NCBI GenBank assembly: GCA_004299485.1
Contig: SCQP01000007.1
Coordinates: forward strand, 142,623-206,622
Source: Acidobacteriota bacterium
GTDB taxonomy: Bacteria; Acidobacteriota; Terriglobia; Terriglobales; SCQP01
Reading direction: 5' to 3'
Length of the DNA: 64,000 nucleotides
Of this stretch, positions 29,429-39,304 are shown piece after piece; the first letter of the stretch is position 1, and every line of letters starts with the position of its first letter. The notes below the pieces were generated by a model, which was not told where the DNA came from, did no database searches, and saw only the letters and a list, made by a program, of their open reading frames with translations. A program made the translations under genes and the position numbers.

Positions 29429-30988
29429 TTGCGGTATTCTACCGATAGCTCCGCTATGCCGGTCGAGGCTCCCGCAGTCACTGCAAGCGCTAGCGCGCAC
29501 GAGTCTGCGCTCAACCCGCGGCTCTATTACGCGCTGCTTGGCCTGGCGTTTGTGCTGGCGATTGTGCCGCTCTGGCTGGTGCGCTTTCCCGAGCTGATGG
29601 ATTACCCGGCGCACCTGGCGCGCTGCTACATCCTCGCGCATTTTCACAGCAACCCGCTCTGGCCGCAGGTCTATCGCGTCCAGTTCGGGCCCATCCCCGA
29701 CCTCGCCATCGATGCCATCGTCACCCCACTGGCGCATTGGCTGCCCATCGCTCTGAGCGGTAAACTTTTTCTCACCCTGCTCGCCCTCCTCTACGTCGGC
29801 GGCTGTGAGGCGCTGGGACGCGCCGCCTGGGGACAGCGCCATGGCATGACGCTGGTGGCGGCGTTCACGTTCTTGAACTCGAACCTGATGGATGGCCGGG
29901 TGAATTACCTGTTCGGCCTGGCGCTGGCCTTTTGGGTGCTGGCGCTCTGGCTGCGCTGGCGTGCAGAAATGACGGCGCGGCGCTTCCTGCTGTTTTGCGG
30001 CCTGTCGCTCATTATTTATCTGGCCCATCTGGGCGCGATCGCCGTCCTGGGCGTCGCCTGCTGCACCATCGCACTGGTTGACTTCGCCGGTCATCGCCGG
30101 TTCGGGCGGCTGGTGGCCGCAGTTGGCTGGATGGCCTGTCCGACGCTGCTACTCGTCTTCGGCTTCCTGGGACGCAGCGGCCGCGTCGGTCAACTGGACT
30201 GGGGCACGTGGCCAATCAAAGTCTCGCATCTGCTCACGCTTACCCGCAGCTTCAACCCGCGCTTCGAGGCGTTACTGACACTCGAGTTGCTCGCCTGCGC
30301 CGGCGTGCTGCTCTGGCGCGCGCGTTGGAACCGGCCGCTCGCCATCGCTGGCCTGGTTTTGCTGGGCTGCTACGTCATCACACCGATGACCATATTCACG
30401 GCCAACTACGCCGATGCCCGCTTCGTGTTGCCCGGCTTCGTGCTGCTGATCCTGGCCGTGCGGCCGCGCGAGGGCGCCCTGCGCCGCCTGGCGCTGGGTT
30501 TCGTGCTGGCACTGCTCGTCGCGCGTGTCGTCTTCATTGGCCACGGCTGGATTGCGGAGCAACCCGAGGCGCGCGCGGTGCTGGCCATGGGCAGCGTGTT
30601 GCCCGCAGGGGCGCGCGTGGATGCCATCGACGGCACGGAAGGCAAATCCGGCAGCCGTGGCTTTCAGCGCCTTGCGTTCAGCCATTTGATTGACGTCTGG
30701 AGCATGAGCCGGGGCGTGTACATGTCCAACCTGTTTGCTGCAGCCGGGCAGCAGCCGCTGATCCAGCGCCCCGATCTGGAAATCTGCTGGCCGGGCGAAG
30801 ACCCCGGCTGCCTGGCGCACTTTGATTATGTCTGGACCGACGGCCCGCCCGCTCTTGTAACGGCAACCTTGCAGGCAGCGGCCGTCCCGGTCGCCCGCTA
30901 CTCGACTTTTGTCCTGTGGCGAGTTCGTAAGCCTACTGTGCGAATACGAACAGTGGCGCCGGCACCGGAGCCAGCCGCCCGCCGCTAA
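29429..30988 (+). CDS. Polytopic integral membrane protein, function unknown (GT-C-like topology)
   Basis: 519 aa. >10 hydrophobic segments followed by a ~130-aa soluble tail. No motif recognised. Confidence 0.55.
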   Translation: MRYSTDSSAMPVEAPAVTASASAHESALNPRLYYALLGLAFVLAIVPLWLVRFPELMDYPAHLARCYILAHFHSNPLWPQVYRVQFGPIPDLAIDAIVTPLAHWLPIALSGKLFLTLLALLYVGGCEALGRAAWGQRHGMTLVAAFTFLNSNLMDGRVNYLFGLALAFWVLALWLRWRAEMTARRFLLFCGLSLIIYLAHLGAIAVLGVACCTIALVDFAGHRRFGRLVAAVGWMACPTLLLVFGFLGRSGRVGQLDWGTWPIKVSHLLTLTRSFNPRFEALLTLELLACAGVLLWRARWNRPLAIAGLVLLGCYVITPMTIFTANYADARFVLPGFVLLILAVRPREGALRRLALGFVLALLVARVVFIGHGWIAEQPEARAVLAMGSVLPAGARVDAIDGTEGKSGSRGFQRLAFSHLIDVWSMSRGVYMSNLFAAAGQQPLIQRPDLEICWPGEDPGCLAHFDYVWTDGPPALVTATLQAAAVPVARYSTFVLWRVRKPTVRIRTVAPAPEPAARR

Positions 30989-31053
30989 GTGCCTGTAGCG
31001 ATTGCCGTTACTACGTCAGCCCTTTGGTCCGAAGATTGCTACGCTAAGCAATC

Positions 31054-33618
31054 ATGGCCGACTGGATCGATCCTCTCGCCGCCGACCTGCGCCAAGCCTG
31101 GCGCGGTCTGCGCAAGCGGCGGGCCTTTGCGCTGACCATCATCGCCATCCTGGCGCTCGGCCTTGGCGGCAGTACGCTGGTGTTCGGCTGGGTCAACGCG
31201 ACGCTGCTGCATCCGCTGGCCAATATTCCCGGCGCGAGCCGGCTCACGGCGGTCGAGACCGTGATGCCCGATGGCTCGTATCACACCACCTCGTATCTCG
31301 ACTACCGCGATTACCGCGACCAGAACACCGCATTTACCGGCCTCGCCGCAGCGGCCCTGCTCCCCGCGGACGTGGCACGGCCCAGCGCGCGCCAGCCCGA
31401 GCGCGCCTGGGGCATGATCGTCAGCGAAAACTATTTCCAGGTGCTCGGGATTCACGCGACGCTAGGCCGTGTCTCCACGCCCGCCGACGCCCACGGCCCG
31501 GGCTCGGATCCGGAAATCATCCTGAGCTACCGCTATTGGCGGCAGCGCTTTGGCGGCTCGCCGGGCGTCGTCGGCACGGTGCTCGACGTCGACCACCAGC
31601 CCTTCACCATAATGGGCGTCACGCCGCGCGGCTTCGAAGGCACGACGGTAGGCGTCCAGCCGCAGTATTACGTCCCGCTGATGATGGAGCCGCTGCTGCT
31701 CCCGCTCGAAGATTTGCACTATCGCGCGCCGGGCTTTCTGCACATGATCGGCCGGCTGAAGCCGGGCGTTACGGCCGCCGCCGCCAACCTCGAGATGCGG
31801 CGCCTGGCGGTGAGCCTTGCGGCGCAGTATCCCGCGACGAATCGCAACGTCGGCATCGCGGTCAGCCCTATCGGCGAGGCGCACTACGGCTTGCAGCCGT
31901 CGCTCGGCCCGGTGCTGCTGTTTCTGCTGCTGGCGATGGCGCTGGTGCTGGTCATCGGCTGCGCCAACGTGGCCACGCTGCTGCTGACGCGGGCCGCCGC
32001 GCGCTGGCGCGAGCAGGCGGTGCGCGCCGCGCTGGGCGCCAGCCGCGGACGCCTGTTGCGGCAGTCCCTCGCCGAGCACGGGTTAATGGCACTGTTGGGC
32101 GGCGCCGCAGGCCTGCTGCTCGCCTACGCCACAGGCGGCTGGCTGGCGGCGCTGCTGCCCTCCGGTGGCGTCCCGCTCGGCCTCTCGACCGGCTTGAGCG
32201 GCCGCGCGGTTTTATTCCTCGGGCTTGCCACCGTAGCCGTCGCGGCCTGGATGGTCGCGGCGCCCGCGCTGGCCTCCGCGCCACAATTGCTAGACGCGCT
32301 CAAAAGCGGCGATCGCGGCGCCATCGCCGGCCGTGCGCACCACCGCCTGCGGACCGCCCTGGTGGTGCTCGAAGCGACGCTGGCTTTTACCGTCCTTGTG
32401 ACCGCTGGTCTGGTGGCGCGCAGCCTGCAGCGGGCCCAGCAGACCGATCCCGGCTTTGCCACCCGCAACCTGCTCATCGCCTCGCTCGACCTGCGCAGCG
32501 CCGGCAGCAGCGACGCGCAAGCGGCCAATTTCTACGCCCGCTTGAACGACCGCGTCCGCATGCTGCCGGGCGTTGCGGCCGCGAGCTTCGAGCGCTGGCT
32601 GCCGCTCAGCGGCTCCGGCAACGGCTCGACCCGGCCGGCGATTGCCGGCTACGCCCAGGCGCCCGGCGAAGACATTGATATCGCCTACAACGCCGTCGGG
32701 CCGCAGTACTTCTCGACGATGCGCATACCGCGGCTGGCCGGCCGCGGCTTCACCGCCGCCGACCGCGCCGGCGCGCCGCTCGTCTGCATCGTGAACGAAT
32801 CCATGGCACAGCGCTACTGGCCCGGCGCAAGCCCCATCGGCCACCGCCTCAACAGTTGGGACCGCTGGTGGACGGTGGTCGGCGTCGTCCGTGACAGCCG
32901 CTTCGCCAGCCTGCGCGAGCCGCCCCGTCCGTTTTTGTATTTTCCCTTTTTGCAGAACCCCACGAGCGACGCCACGCTGGTGGTGCGAGCCTCTAGTGGT
33001 GCTCCGCTGGCGGCAACTTGGAGGAGCCCGGAGCGCCAGCGGGCGGACCCTGCCAAGAATCGAAGCCCGCACTCCAAACGACCATCGGGAGCGACCAGGG
33101 CAAATAGTGGCGAGCCACTGGCCCTCGCGTCCTCCATCCGCAACGCCGCGCGCGCGCTCGATGCCGGGGCGACGGTGTATGCGCTGCACTCGGGCGGTGC
33201 GGTACTGGAGGCGTCCCTCTTTGCCGAGCGCACCGCGGCGCAGCTCGGCCTGCTGCTCGCCGTGCTGGCGCTGCTGCTGGCGGCGATTGGCCTCTACGGC
33301 GTGTTGTCCTTCTCGGTGGCGCAGCGCATGCGCGAAATGGGCCTGCGCCTGGCGCTCGGCGCACAACCACAGCAGGTTTATCGCTCGGTCGTCGGCCGCG
33401 GTCTGGCGACAGTGGCCATCGGCATCGTCCTTGGCGCCGCCCTCGCCGCCGTCCTCGCGCGCACGCTCTCCGGCCTGCTCTTCGGCGTGACCGCAGCCGA
33501 CCCGCTCACCTGGGCCTCGGCCGCCGCCATCCTGCTCGCTCTCGCCCTCGCCGCCAGTTTCGCCCCTGCCCGCCGCGCCACCCGCGCCGATCCCGCCGCC
33601 GTGCTGCGCTGCGAATAG
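31054..33618 (+). CDS. MacB-like duplicated ABC permease (ADOP family, two FtsX domains) carrying a 37-aa repeat-derived in-frame insert
   Basis: 854 aa. N-terminal DLRQAWRGLRKRRAFALTIIAILALGLGGST and two FtsX TM blocks. The ORF stays open through the insert at 33007-33122. Confidence 0.85.
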   Translation: MADWIDPLAADLRQAWRGLRKRRAFALTIIAILALGLGGSTLVFGWVNATLLHPLANIPGASRLTAVETVMPDGSYHTTSYLDYRDYRDQNTAFTGLAAAALLPADVARPSARQPERAWGMIVSENYFQVLGIHATLGRVSTPADAHGPGSDPEIILSYRYWRQRFGGSPGVVGTVLDVDHQPFTIMGVTPRGFEGTTVGVQPQYYVPLMMEPLLLPLEDLHYRAPGFLHMIGRLKPGVTAAAANLEMRRLAVSLAAQYPATNRNVGIAVSPIGEAHYGLQPSLGPVLLFLLLAMALVLVIGCANVATLLLTRAAARWREQAVRAALGASRGRLLRQSLAEHGLMALLGGAAGLLLAYATGGWLAALLPSGGVPLGLSTGLSGRAVLFLGLATVAVAAWMVAAPALASAPQLLDALKSGDRGAIAGRAHHRLRTALVVLEATLAFTVLVTAGLVARSLQRAQQTDPGFATRNLLIASLDLRSAGSSDAQAANFYARLNDRVRMLPGVAAASFERWLPLSGSGNGSTRPAIAGYAQAPGEDIDIAYNAVGPQYFSTMRIPRLAGRGFTAADRAGAPLVCIVNESMAQRYWPGASPIGHRLNSWDRWWTVVGVVRDSRFASLREPPRPFLYFPFLQNPTSDATLVVRASSGAPLAATWRSPERQRADPAKNRSPHSKRPSGATRANSGEPLALASSIRNAARALDAGATVYALHSGGAVLEASLFAERTAAQLGLLLAVLALLLAAIGLYGVLSFSVAQRMREMGLRLALGAQPQQVYRSVVGRGLATVAIGIVLGAALAAVLARTLSGLLFGVTAADPLTWASAAAILLALALAASFAPARRATRADPAAVLRCE
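33010..33118 (+). repeat. Dispersed structured repeat, subfamily II, copy A (inside the ADOP permease CDS)
   Basis: 109 nt, ~89% identical (about 12 mismatches, hand alignment) to copy B at 33676-33784. Flanked by direct CTGGC at 33007-33011 and 33118-33122. Confidence 0.8.
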
Positions 33619-33675
33619 TGCAGAACCAGCATCGCCGCACCCCAGCCGGGCGTGCCGGTTGCGGCCTTTCCATTG

Positions 33676-33784
33676 GCGGCAGCTTTGAGGAGCCCTGGGC
33701 GCCAGCGTGCGGACCCTGCCGGCAATCGAAGCCCGCACTCCGAGCGACCAACGGGAGCGACCAGGGCAAAAAGTGGCGAGCCAC
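33676..33784 (+). repeat. Dispersed structured repeat, subfamily II, copy B (intergenic)
   Basis: GCGGCAGCTTTGAGGAGCCCTGGGCGCCAGCGTGCGGACCCTGCC...GTGGCGAGCCAC. Lies between the ADOP stop and the next gene's start. Confidence 0.8.
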
Positions 33785-33853
33785 CACGAAAAGCCGCACG
33801 GAACGGCACGAAGCGGGCCACGCCAACGCCGATTCTGCTCTAAGATATCGCAG

Positions 33854-36229
33854 ATGAAACGACGCGAATTTATCTCAGGCCTGGCAGCGGCCGGCGCGTG
33901 GCTGGGCACACGGCCGCGGCGCGCCCAGGCGCAATCCGTGGCTGCCACCTCGCCGCGTGACTTGCCCCCCGCCGCAGGGCATTTCCCTGCCGGTGACTAC
34001 ACCCCCTACGGCTACCTCGACAATCCCTTCCACAGTTGGGACCTGCACCGTAGCGGCGTGCTGCGCTCGGTCGAGGCGATAGGCTTCGGTTTCTACTATC
34101 CAGCGGGGCCGGGCGGCTATTTTGATTATCGCGATTCGGCCATCTACCAAATGCTGCTGCGGGTGGGCGCGGTGATCGAAGGCCAGCCGTTTCTCGACGC
34201 CGCCGATTTTGCCCCCGGCCAGCTCACTGCTCCCCACCACAGCCACAACCTCTTCACCTTCGCGTTCGAGGCGCAGCAGACGCGGCTGGAAGCCAGCTTT
34301 CTGCAAGTGGACGAAAACACGCTGGCGGCGCGCGTGCGCCTGCGTAATCTGGGCGGAGCGCCGCGCCACATTACCCTGATCGGCGCGCACACCTATCATC
34401 TGGGCGCGCAGCGCTGGTGGGGGCGCGACGGCCTGGCCGGCACGGCCGAACACGCCGGCGGCGCCGTGACGACGCGCTCGTTCGCCGCAGGCGAGGTTTG
34501 CCGCCTGGCTTGCTCAGAGGCCAGCGCCGCCGCCCACGTATCGGCAAAGGATGGCGCGGCGCGGGCGTTTCTGCTGGGCGGCGCGGCCAGCGCCGAGGCC
34601 GTAAGCTACTTTCCCGCGCCGCTGTATGCCGCACTGCGCACGGAGCTGACGCTGGCGCCGGGCGGCAGCGAGGATCTCTGGTTCTGGCTCACCCGCGCGG
34701 CCAACCTGCCGCAGGTGCGCGCCCGCGAGCGCCGCGCCCGCGCCGCCGCCAGCGCCACGCTCGGCGAGCGCGCCGGCGACGATGACCGCTTCTGGGCGCT
34801 GGCGCCGCGCCTCGAAGGCGACTGGCCCGCGCACTGGCGCCGCGGCTGGGTCTACGATTTCGAAACCCTGCGCATGAACGTCCGCCACCCCCTGGGCGTG
34901 TACCACCATCCCTGGGACGGCATGCAGATTCAGGCGCCGCGCAACGTGCTCGCCGAAACCTCGCTCGACATGTGGGCGCTCAGCTACGCCGATCCGGCCA
35001 CCGCCGAGACCGTGCTCGCCGGCCAGTTCGCCGACGCCCTGGAGACCAATGTGCCCTGCATGCGCGAGAGCGGCGTGATGAACATGGTCGCCGCCGACGG
35101 CTCCGCCTGCGGCACCTCCATCGCCTGGTGCTACCCGCTTTTCTGCATGCAGTCGGTGGCGCGCCGCACCGGCAACCGCGCCTGGCGCGCGCAGCTCTAT
35201 GAACCCGTGGCCGCGTTCGTGCGCTGGACATTAGCGCACCGCACCGACCGCGCCGGCTACGTCGTGGGCAAATGCAGTTGGGAAACGGGCATGGATGCCT
35301 CCAGCCGCTTCCTCATTGCGCAGCCCACCGGCGCCGAGCTGATTGACTTCATCCGCGTGGTCGAGCTGCAGGCCGCGACCGCCCATGCCTGCGGCTGGCT
35401 GGCAGCGCTCGCGAACGAACAGGGCAATGCCGCATCTGCGGCCGAGTGGCGCGCGCTCGAGCACCAGTACACCGCGCGCACCCAAAGCCTGTGGAACGGC
35501 CACGACTGGTTCCAGGATTTCAACACCCGCGACGGCAAGCCTATCGTGCTGCACAACCCTCCCACAGGCCAGTTGGGGCGCGAAGTGGGCCAGTGCGCGC
35601 CCATCTTCCTCGGACAGGCGACCGCGGCGCAGATGCAGGCCATGCGGCCGCTGCTGCGCGAGTACCGCGCGCGGCCGCAGTATTTTCTGGAGTGGCCTTC
35701 GTTCGTGCTGCCCTATATCGAGTCGCTCTGGACCGCGGGCGAGCACGCCTTCGCCGCCGAGGTGGTGCGCGATATTGCCGAGCGCGTTTACGCGTCGACC
35801 GACCGCCGGCAGCCGGGCCATGACGGCTTGGGCTGGCCCGGCGTGAGCTGCGAGATGTGGGCGCTCAAGGGCGCTCTCGGCGGCGAGGGCTACGGCTGGG
35901 GCGCTACGCTGCCCGCGCACATTCTGCGCAGCGTGGTGGGCTTCCGCGAAACCACCGATTCTTTGCGCCTCGAGCTCAGCCCCAACCTGCCGGAAGAGCT
36001 GGCGCAGGCGGGCCGCAGCTACGCGGTGCGCAACCTGCGGCTGGGTAGTGATCGCCTCGACGTCCGCTACGACGTGCGCGCAGGCGGCGAGGTGCGGGTC
36101 ACCGGCACGTGGGCGGGCGGCACGCGCACGGTCGCCGCGCAAGGCGCGGCTCTCGAAGCAAGCGGCCGCACGTTCCGCTTCAACGTGCCCAATCACACGC
36201 CGGTGCTGCTGCGGCTTGAAACGGCCTAG
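33854..36229 (+). CDS. Tat-secreted (alpha/alpha)6-barrel glycoside hydrolase-like protein (clan GH-G, GH63/GH37-like)
   Basis: Start at internal ATG 33854 (MKRREFISGLAAAGAWLG twin-arginine leader). SWETGMDASSRF resembles the E-[ST]-G-[WM]-D-x-S-x-R acid motif of GH37/GH63. The longer ORF start would run through repeat copy B. Confidence 0.65.
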   Translation: MKRREFISGLAAAGAWLGTRPRRAQAQSVAATSPRDLPPAAGHFPAGDYTPYGYLDNPFHSWDLHRSGVLRSVEAIGFGFYYPAGPGGYFDYRDSAIYQMLLRVGAVIEGQPFLDAADFAPGQLTAPHHSHNLFTFAFEAQQTRLEASFLQVDENTLAARVRLRNLGGAPRHITLIGAHTYHLGAQRWWGRDGLAGTAEHAGGAVTTRSFAAGEVCRLACSEASAAAHVSAKDGAARAFLLGGAASAEAVSYFPAPLYAALRTELTLAPGGSEDLWFWLTRAANLPQVRARERRARAAASATLGERAGDDDRFWALAPRLEGDWPAHWRRGWVYDFETLRMNVRHPLGVYHHPWDGMQIQAPRNVLAETSLDMWALSYADPATAETVLAGQFADALETNVPCMRESGVMNMVAADGSACGTSIAWCYPLFCMQSVARRTGNRAWRAQLYEPVAAFVRWTLAHRTDRAGYVVGKCSWETGMDASSRFLIAQPTGAELIDFIRVVELQAATAHACGWLAALANEQGNAASAAEWRALEHQYTARTQSLWNGHDWFQDFNTRDGKPIVLHNPPTGQLGREVGQCAPIFLGQATAAQMQAMRPLLREYRARPQYFLEWPSFVLPYIESLWTAGEHAFAAEVVRDIAERVYASTDRRQPGHDGLGWPGVSCEMWALKGALGGEGYGWGATLPAHILRSVVGFRETTDSLRLELSPNLPEELAQAGRSYAVRNLRLGSDRLDVRYDVRAGGEVRVTGTWAGGTRTVAAQGAALEASGRTFRFNVPNHTPVLLRLETA

Positions 36230-38739
36230 GCCTCGACGGTGAAGCGGAGCGGCTGGCCGCTGGCGAGCGCCTCGGCCGGAATCACCACCCAGCCGCCCGC
36301 GAGCTTGCCCGCGCTGCTGCGCCGCAGCGGCGCGCCGCCGGGCGGATGCAGATGCGCGACCACCTCGGCCGTCCAGCCCGCCGCGGCGGTAATCGTCACC
36401 TGCCAACGCGTGGAAGATTCGGCCTCGGTGCGCCAGGCGAGCGGACCGAAGCGGGTCGGGCAGCGGCGGACAGCGATGTGGCGCCCCTCGACAAACCAGT
36501 GCCGGGGCGCGGCTTTTTGCAGATGCACCCGCGCCTGCTGCCGCTCCTCCCACACCAACAGCCAGCGCAAGCCCAGCGTGGGTTGCAAGGTGCTGTTCAC
36601 CACTGCTGACCAGGCATAAGGGCTGCCTTCGCCGGGCCAGTTGCCCGGCAGCAGCGCATCTTCGGGCGCGTAGCGCGAGCCGCTGTCCATGGCGTAGCAG
36701 AGGTTGCCGTAGAGCGCCATAAGGAAGGGGCGGTAGTCGTCCTGCCGGATGCGGCCCGCGAGCGTGCCGTGCTCCATGAAGTTCGAGGTGCGCGGGTAAT
36801 CGCCGTCGGTGTTCATCCCCAGCATCTGCTCGCCGGCAAGCGCGCGGTGCCGGAAGTGGCCGGCGTCGAGGCTGGCGTCGCCCCAATCGGCAGTCCACCA
36901 ATCCATCATGAAGCGATGGTTTTCGTAACTGGTGAGCTGACGCGGATTGCGGCGGGTGTCGTCGGGAGAAAACGGTGTGATGCAGGCGGCCTTCATGGCG
37001 GCATTGCGGGCGGCAAGCGTGCCCGCCAGGCTGCGCTCGGTATCGGCGCGCAGCGTGGCCGCGGCCTGCGCCACCTCGTCCGCCTCGGTCGCCATCCCCG
37101 CGAGCTGCAGGCAGCGCGCGTGCTCGCTCAGCCCGCGCCAGATCCAGGCGGCGTTCTGGTAAAAGTAGGGGTGCGCGTCCGGCGTGTTGTGGGCAGGATC
37201 GCCCAGGTCTGCCTCAGGCGAGCCCCAGATGAGGCCGTGGCGGCCATCGCCGGGCGGAAAGCGACGCTTCGACCACGCCTGCCGCTCCCGCACGAAGGCG
37301 ATCATGCGCCGCAGCACCGGCAACCTCCGCTCGAGCCCGGCGCGGTCGCCGGTGTAGTCGAAGGCGCGCGCCGAATTCGCCAGGAAGACGCCGGTATTCA
37401 GCGGCGCCTCGACCTGGTCCTGCGTGTTATACAGAAAATCGCCGCTCGGTAGAATGTACTTGTCCAGATAGTGCTGGAAATAAGGCTCGACTGCGGCGCT
37501 CAGACCCCACTCCTGCTGCGCCCAGACGAACTCATAGTGCGCCACCGGAAACAACGCGTGGCTGCGCTCGGGAATTTTGGTGTACGCGCCCTCGCCCACC
37601 TGATAGCTGGGCTCGAGGCCGCGATAGCTGCACCGCGCCAGCACGATGCCCGCGCGGGCGGCATCGCGCAGCCAGGAGTCGGGAATGTCGGCCTCCATCG
37701 CGCCGGCGAAAAAGCCGGTCCAGTGCTGCCAGACCTCGAGCAGAACAGTGAAGAATTTGGCGGCATCGCCATTCCAGTAGCGCTCGACCCAGGCGGCCTC
37801 GGGCATCGTTTCACCGGCGTGGCTGTCGCCGGCCGGAATCAGGCCCTGCGGCTTGGGCGGCAGCATGGCACGCACGCGCGCGACCGGCTCGGCCGCGGCG
37901 CCCCGCGGCAGCACCATCATCACTTCGTAGCCGAGCTGGAAGCGCGGATTCCAGACCCCGATGTCGGCGGCGGGCAAAAAGCCGCCGAGCAGCGTGCGCT
38001 TGCTGTAGCCGCGCGGCGCCTCGTAGAGATACTCGGAAGGCAGCAACCGCCGCGGGTCAAACCGCCGCCCGCCGAGATCGGGCGCCCAGAGCGCCTGCGG
38101 ATTGTCGGCCAACTGACGCGAGCGCCCGTCAGGCTCCAGCCACAGGCTGCGCTCCGGCCCGGCTTCTTCGTTGGCCACCAGCGTCCAGCCGAGAAACTCC
38201 GCGCCCAGCGCCGCCACGTTCTCGTAACAGGGATCCTCATTCGACCCCAGGATGTAGTCGCTCGCCGCATCCGGCCCCGGCACGTACCGCGCCGGCCGCT
38301 CGATTTTGACCGACGGCGCATTGGTGGGTCGCGGCCGGATGACGTCCAGCCGCCCAACGCCTTTGGGAATGCGCGCCACCTCGCCCTGCGGCCCAACGTA
38401 GACGAGCACGCCCTGGTGCGTGGCGTGGCGCTCGAACACCGCCGTCTGATCCGCCAGCCGCGCCACCAGCCGCCAGCCTCCGGCCTCAGTGCCCACCGGC
38501 GCGTTTGCCGTCCAAGCGGGTGTCTGGGCCAGCGCTTCCCGCTCGCCCTCAAGCCAGAGCGAATACTCATTCGGAATCCGCCCCGGTGCATAGCCGCCCG
38601 CCTGCGCGCTCTCGGCCCCAGACGCCGCGCTCTCCGCCGCAGGCGCGCCCGCCGCCCACGCCCCCAGCTCCGCCGCCCCCGCGGCCAGCCCAAGCCCCGT
38701 CAGCCCCGCCGCGCCTTTCAGAAATTCCCGTCGTTGCAT
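36226..38739 (-). CDS. Large Tat-secreted protein of unknown function (possible glycan-active enzyme)
   Basis: 837 aa. MQRREFLKGAAGLTGLGLAAG twin-arginine leader. No catalytic motif recognised. Convergent 4-nt overlap with the preceding gene. Confidence 0.6.
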   Translation of the reverse strand: MQRREFLKGAAGLTGLGLAAGAAELGAWAAGAPAAESAASGAESAQAGGYAPGRIPNEYSLWLEGEREALAQTPAWTANAPVGTEAGGWRLVARLADQTAVFERHATHQGVLVYVGPQGEVARIPKGVGRLDVIRPRPTNAPSVKIERPARYVPGPDAASDYILGSNEDPCYENVAALGAEFLGWTLVANEEAGPERSLWLEPDGRSRQLADNPQALWAPDLGGRRFDPRRLLPSEYLYEAPRGYSKRTLLGGFLPAADIGVWNPRFQLGYEVMMVLPRGAAAEPVARVRAMLPPKPQGLIPAGDSHAGETMPEAAWVERYWNGDAAKFFTVLLEVWQHWTGFFAGAMEADIPDSWLRDAARAGIVLARCSYRGLEPSYQVGEGAYTKIPERSHALFPVAHYEFVWAQQEWGLSAAVEPYFQHYLDKYILPSGDFLYNTQDQVEAPLNTGVFLANSARAFDYTGDRAGLERRLPVLRRMIAFVRERQAWSKRRFPPGDGRHGLIWGSPEADLGDPAHNTPDAHPYFYQNAAWIWRGLSEHARCLQLAGMATEADEVAQAAATLRADTERSLAGTLAARNAAMKAACITPFSPDDTRRNPRQLTSYENHRFMMDWWTADWGDASLDAGHFRHRALAGEQMLGMNTDGDYPRTSNFMEHGTLAGRIRQDDYRPFLMALYGNLCYAMDSGSRYAPEDALLPGNWPGEGSPYAWSAVVNSTLQPTLGLRWLLVWEERQQARVHLQKAAPRHWFVEGRHIAVRRCPTRFGPLAWRTEAESSTRWQVTITAAAGWTAEVVAHLHPPGGAPLRRSSAGKLAGGWVVIPAEALASGQPLRFTVEA

Positions 38740-38852
38740 ATCCAGAGCCTACCCGCTTTTGCGGTGGGATGCGCAGCCGCGCCGCCACCCGACTCGGCGC
38801 GCCGACTTCAGCCCGAGCCCATTGGCCGTGCTAAGCCTCTGCTGGGGCTACC

Positions 38853-39104
38853 GTGCGGGCGCTTATTCATGAGACGCGAATCGACATCCTGGGTGCCCAT
38901 CGATTACCCAAGCAGGCTTGGGAACCACTGCTCGACGACCTAAAGGCCGAGTACGTACCCGGCGCCACGCCCGACGGGAAACGAAGGGCGGTGTTCGCTG
39001 CGCCGGACGGCGGGTTCGATGCTTTCATTTACCGCATGAGCGGTCAGGCAGACAGCGAAATCGTCGGCATCCTCGCCAAATACGGGATCCGGGTCGAGCA
39101 GTGA
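38853..39104 (+). CDS. Small hypothetical protein (83 aa)
   Basis: GTG-start ORF in a locally lower-G+C stretch with plausible codon usage. No family recognised. Confidence 0.3.
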   Translation: MRALIHETRIDILGAHRLPKQAWEPLLDDLKAEYVPGATPDGKRRAVFAAPDGGFDAFIYRMSGQADSEIVGILAKYGIRVEQ

Positions 39105-39136
39105 CGCTGCAAGCCGCGCTTAAACGTAAAACTTGA

Positions 39137-39292
39137 GCAGCTACTCTCGACAGCCCGGGTACGCCTAAGAAGATCGCGCCCTCCCCGAAGGCGCAATTCG
39201 AGCGGGGCAATCTGGGCGACGCGAAGGCCCTAGGCGACGGGATCAGCGGCGGGACGTTCAGTTGGCTAGAAAATTCTGGAGTGATCACTTAG
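39137..39292 (+). pseudogene. Relic of a RelE/ParE-superfamily 'addiction module killer' (HigB-like) toxin
   Basis: Start-less frame reads ...AQFERGNLGDAKALGDGISGGTFSWLENSGVIT*. RGNLGDAKALGDGIS matches the R-L-x-x-G-N-x-G-D-x-K-x-[VL]-G-x-G-[VI]-S core, but the N-terminus and the GPGYRVYF C-terminal half are missing. Confidence 0.5.
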
Positions 39293-39304
39293 AGGCGAGG
39301 CGCC

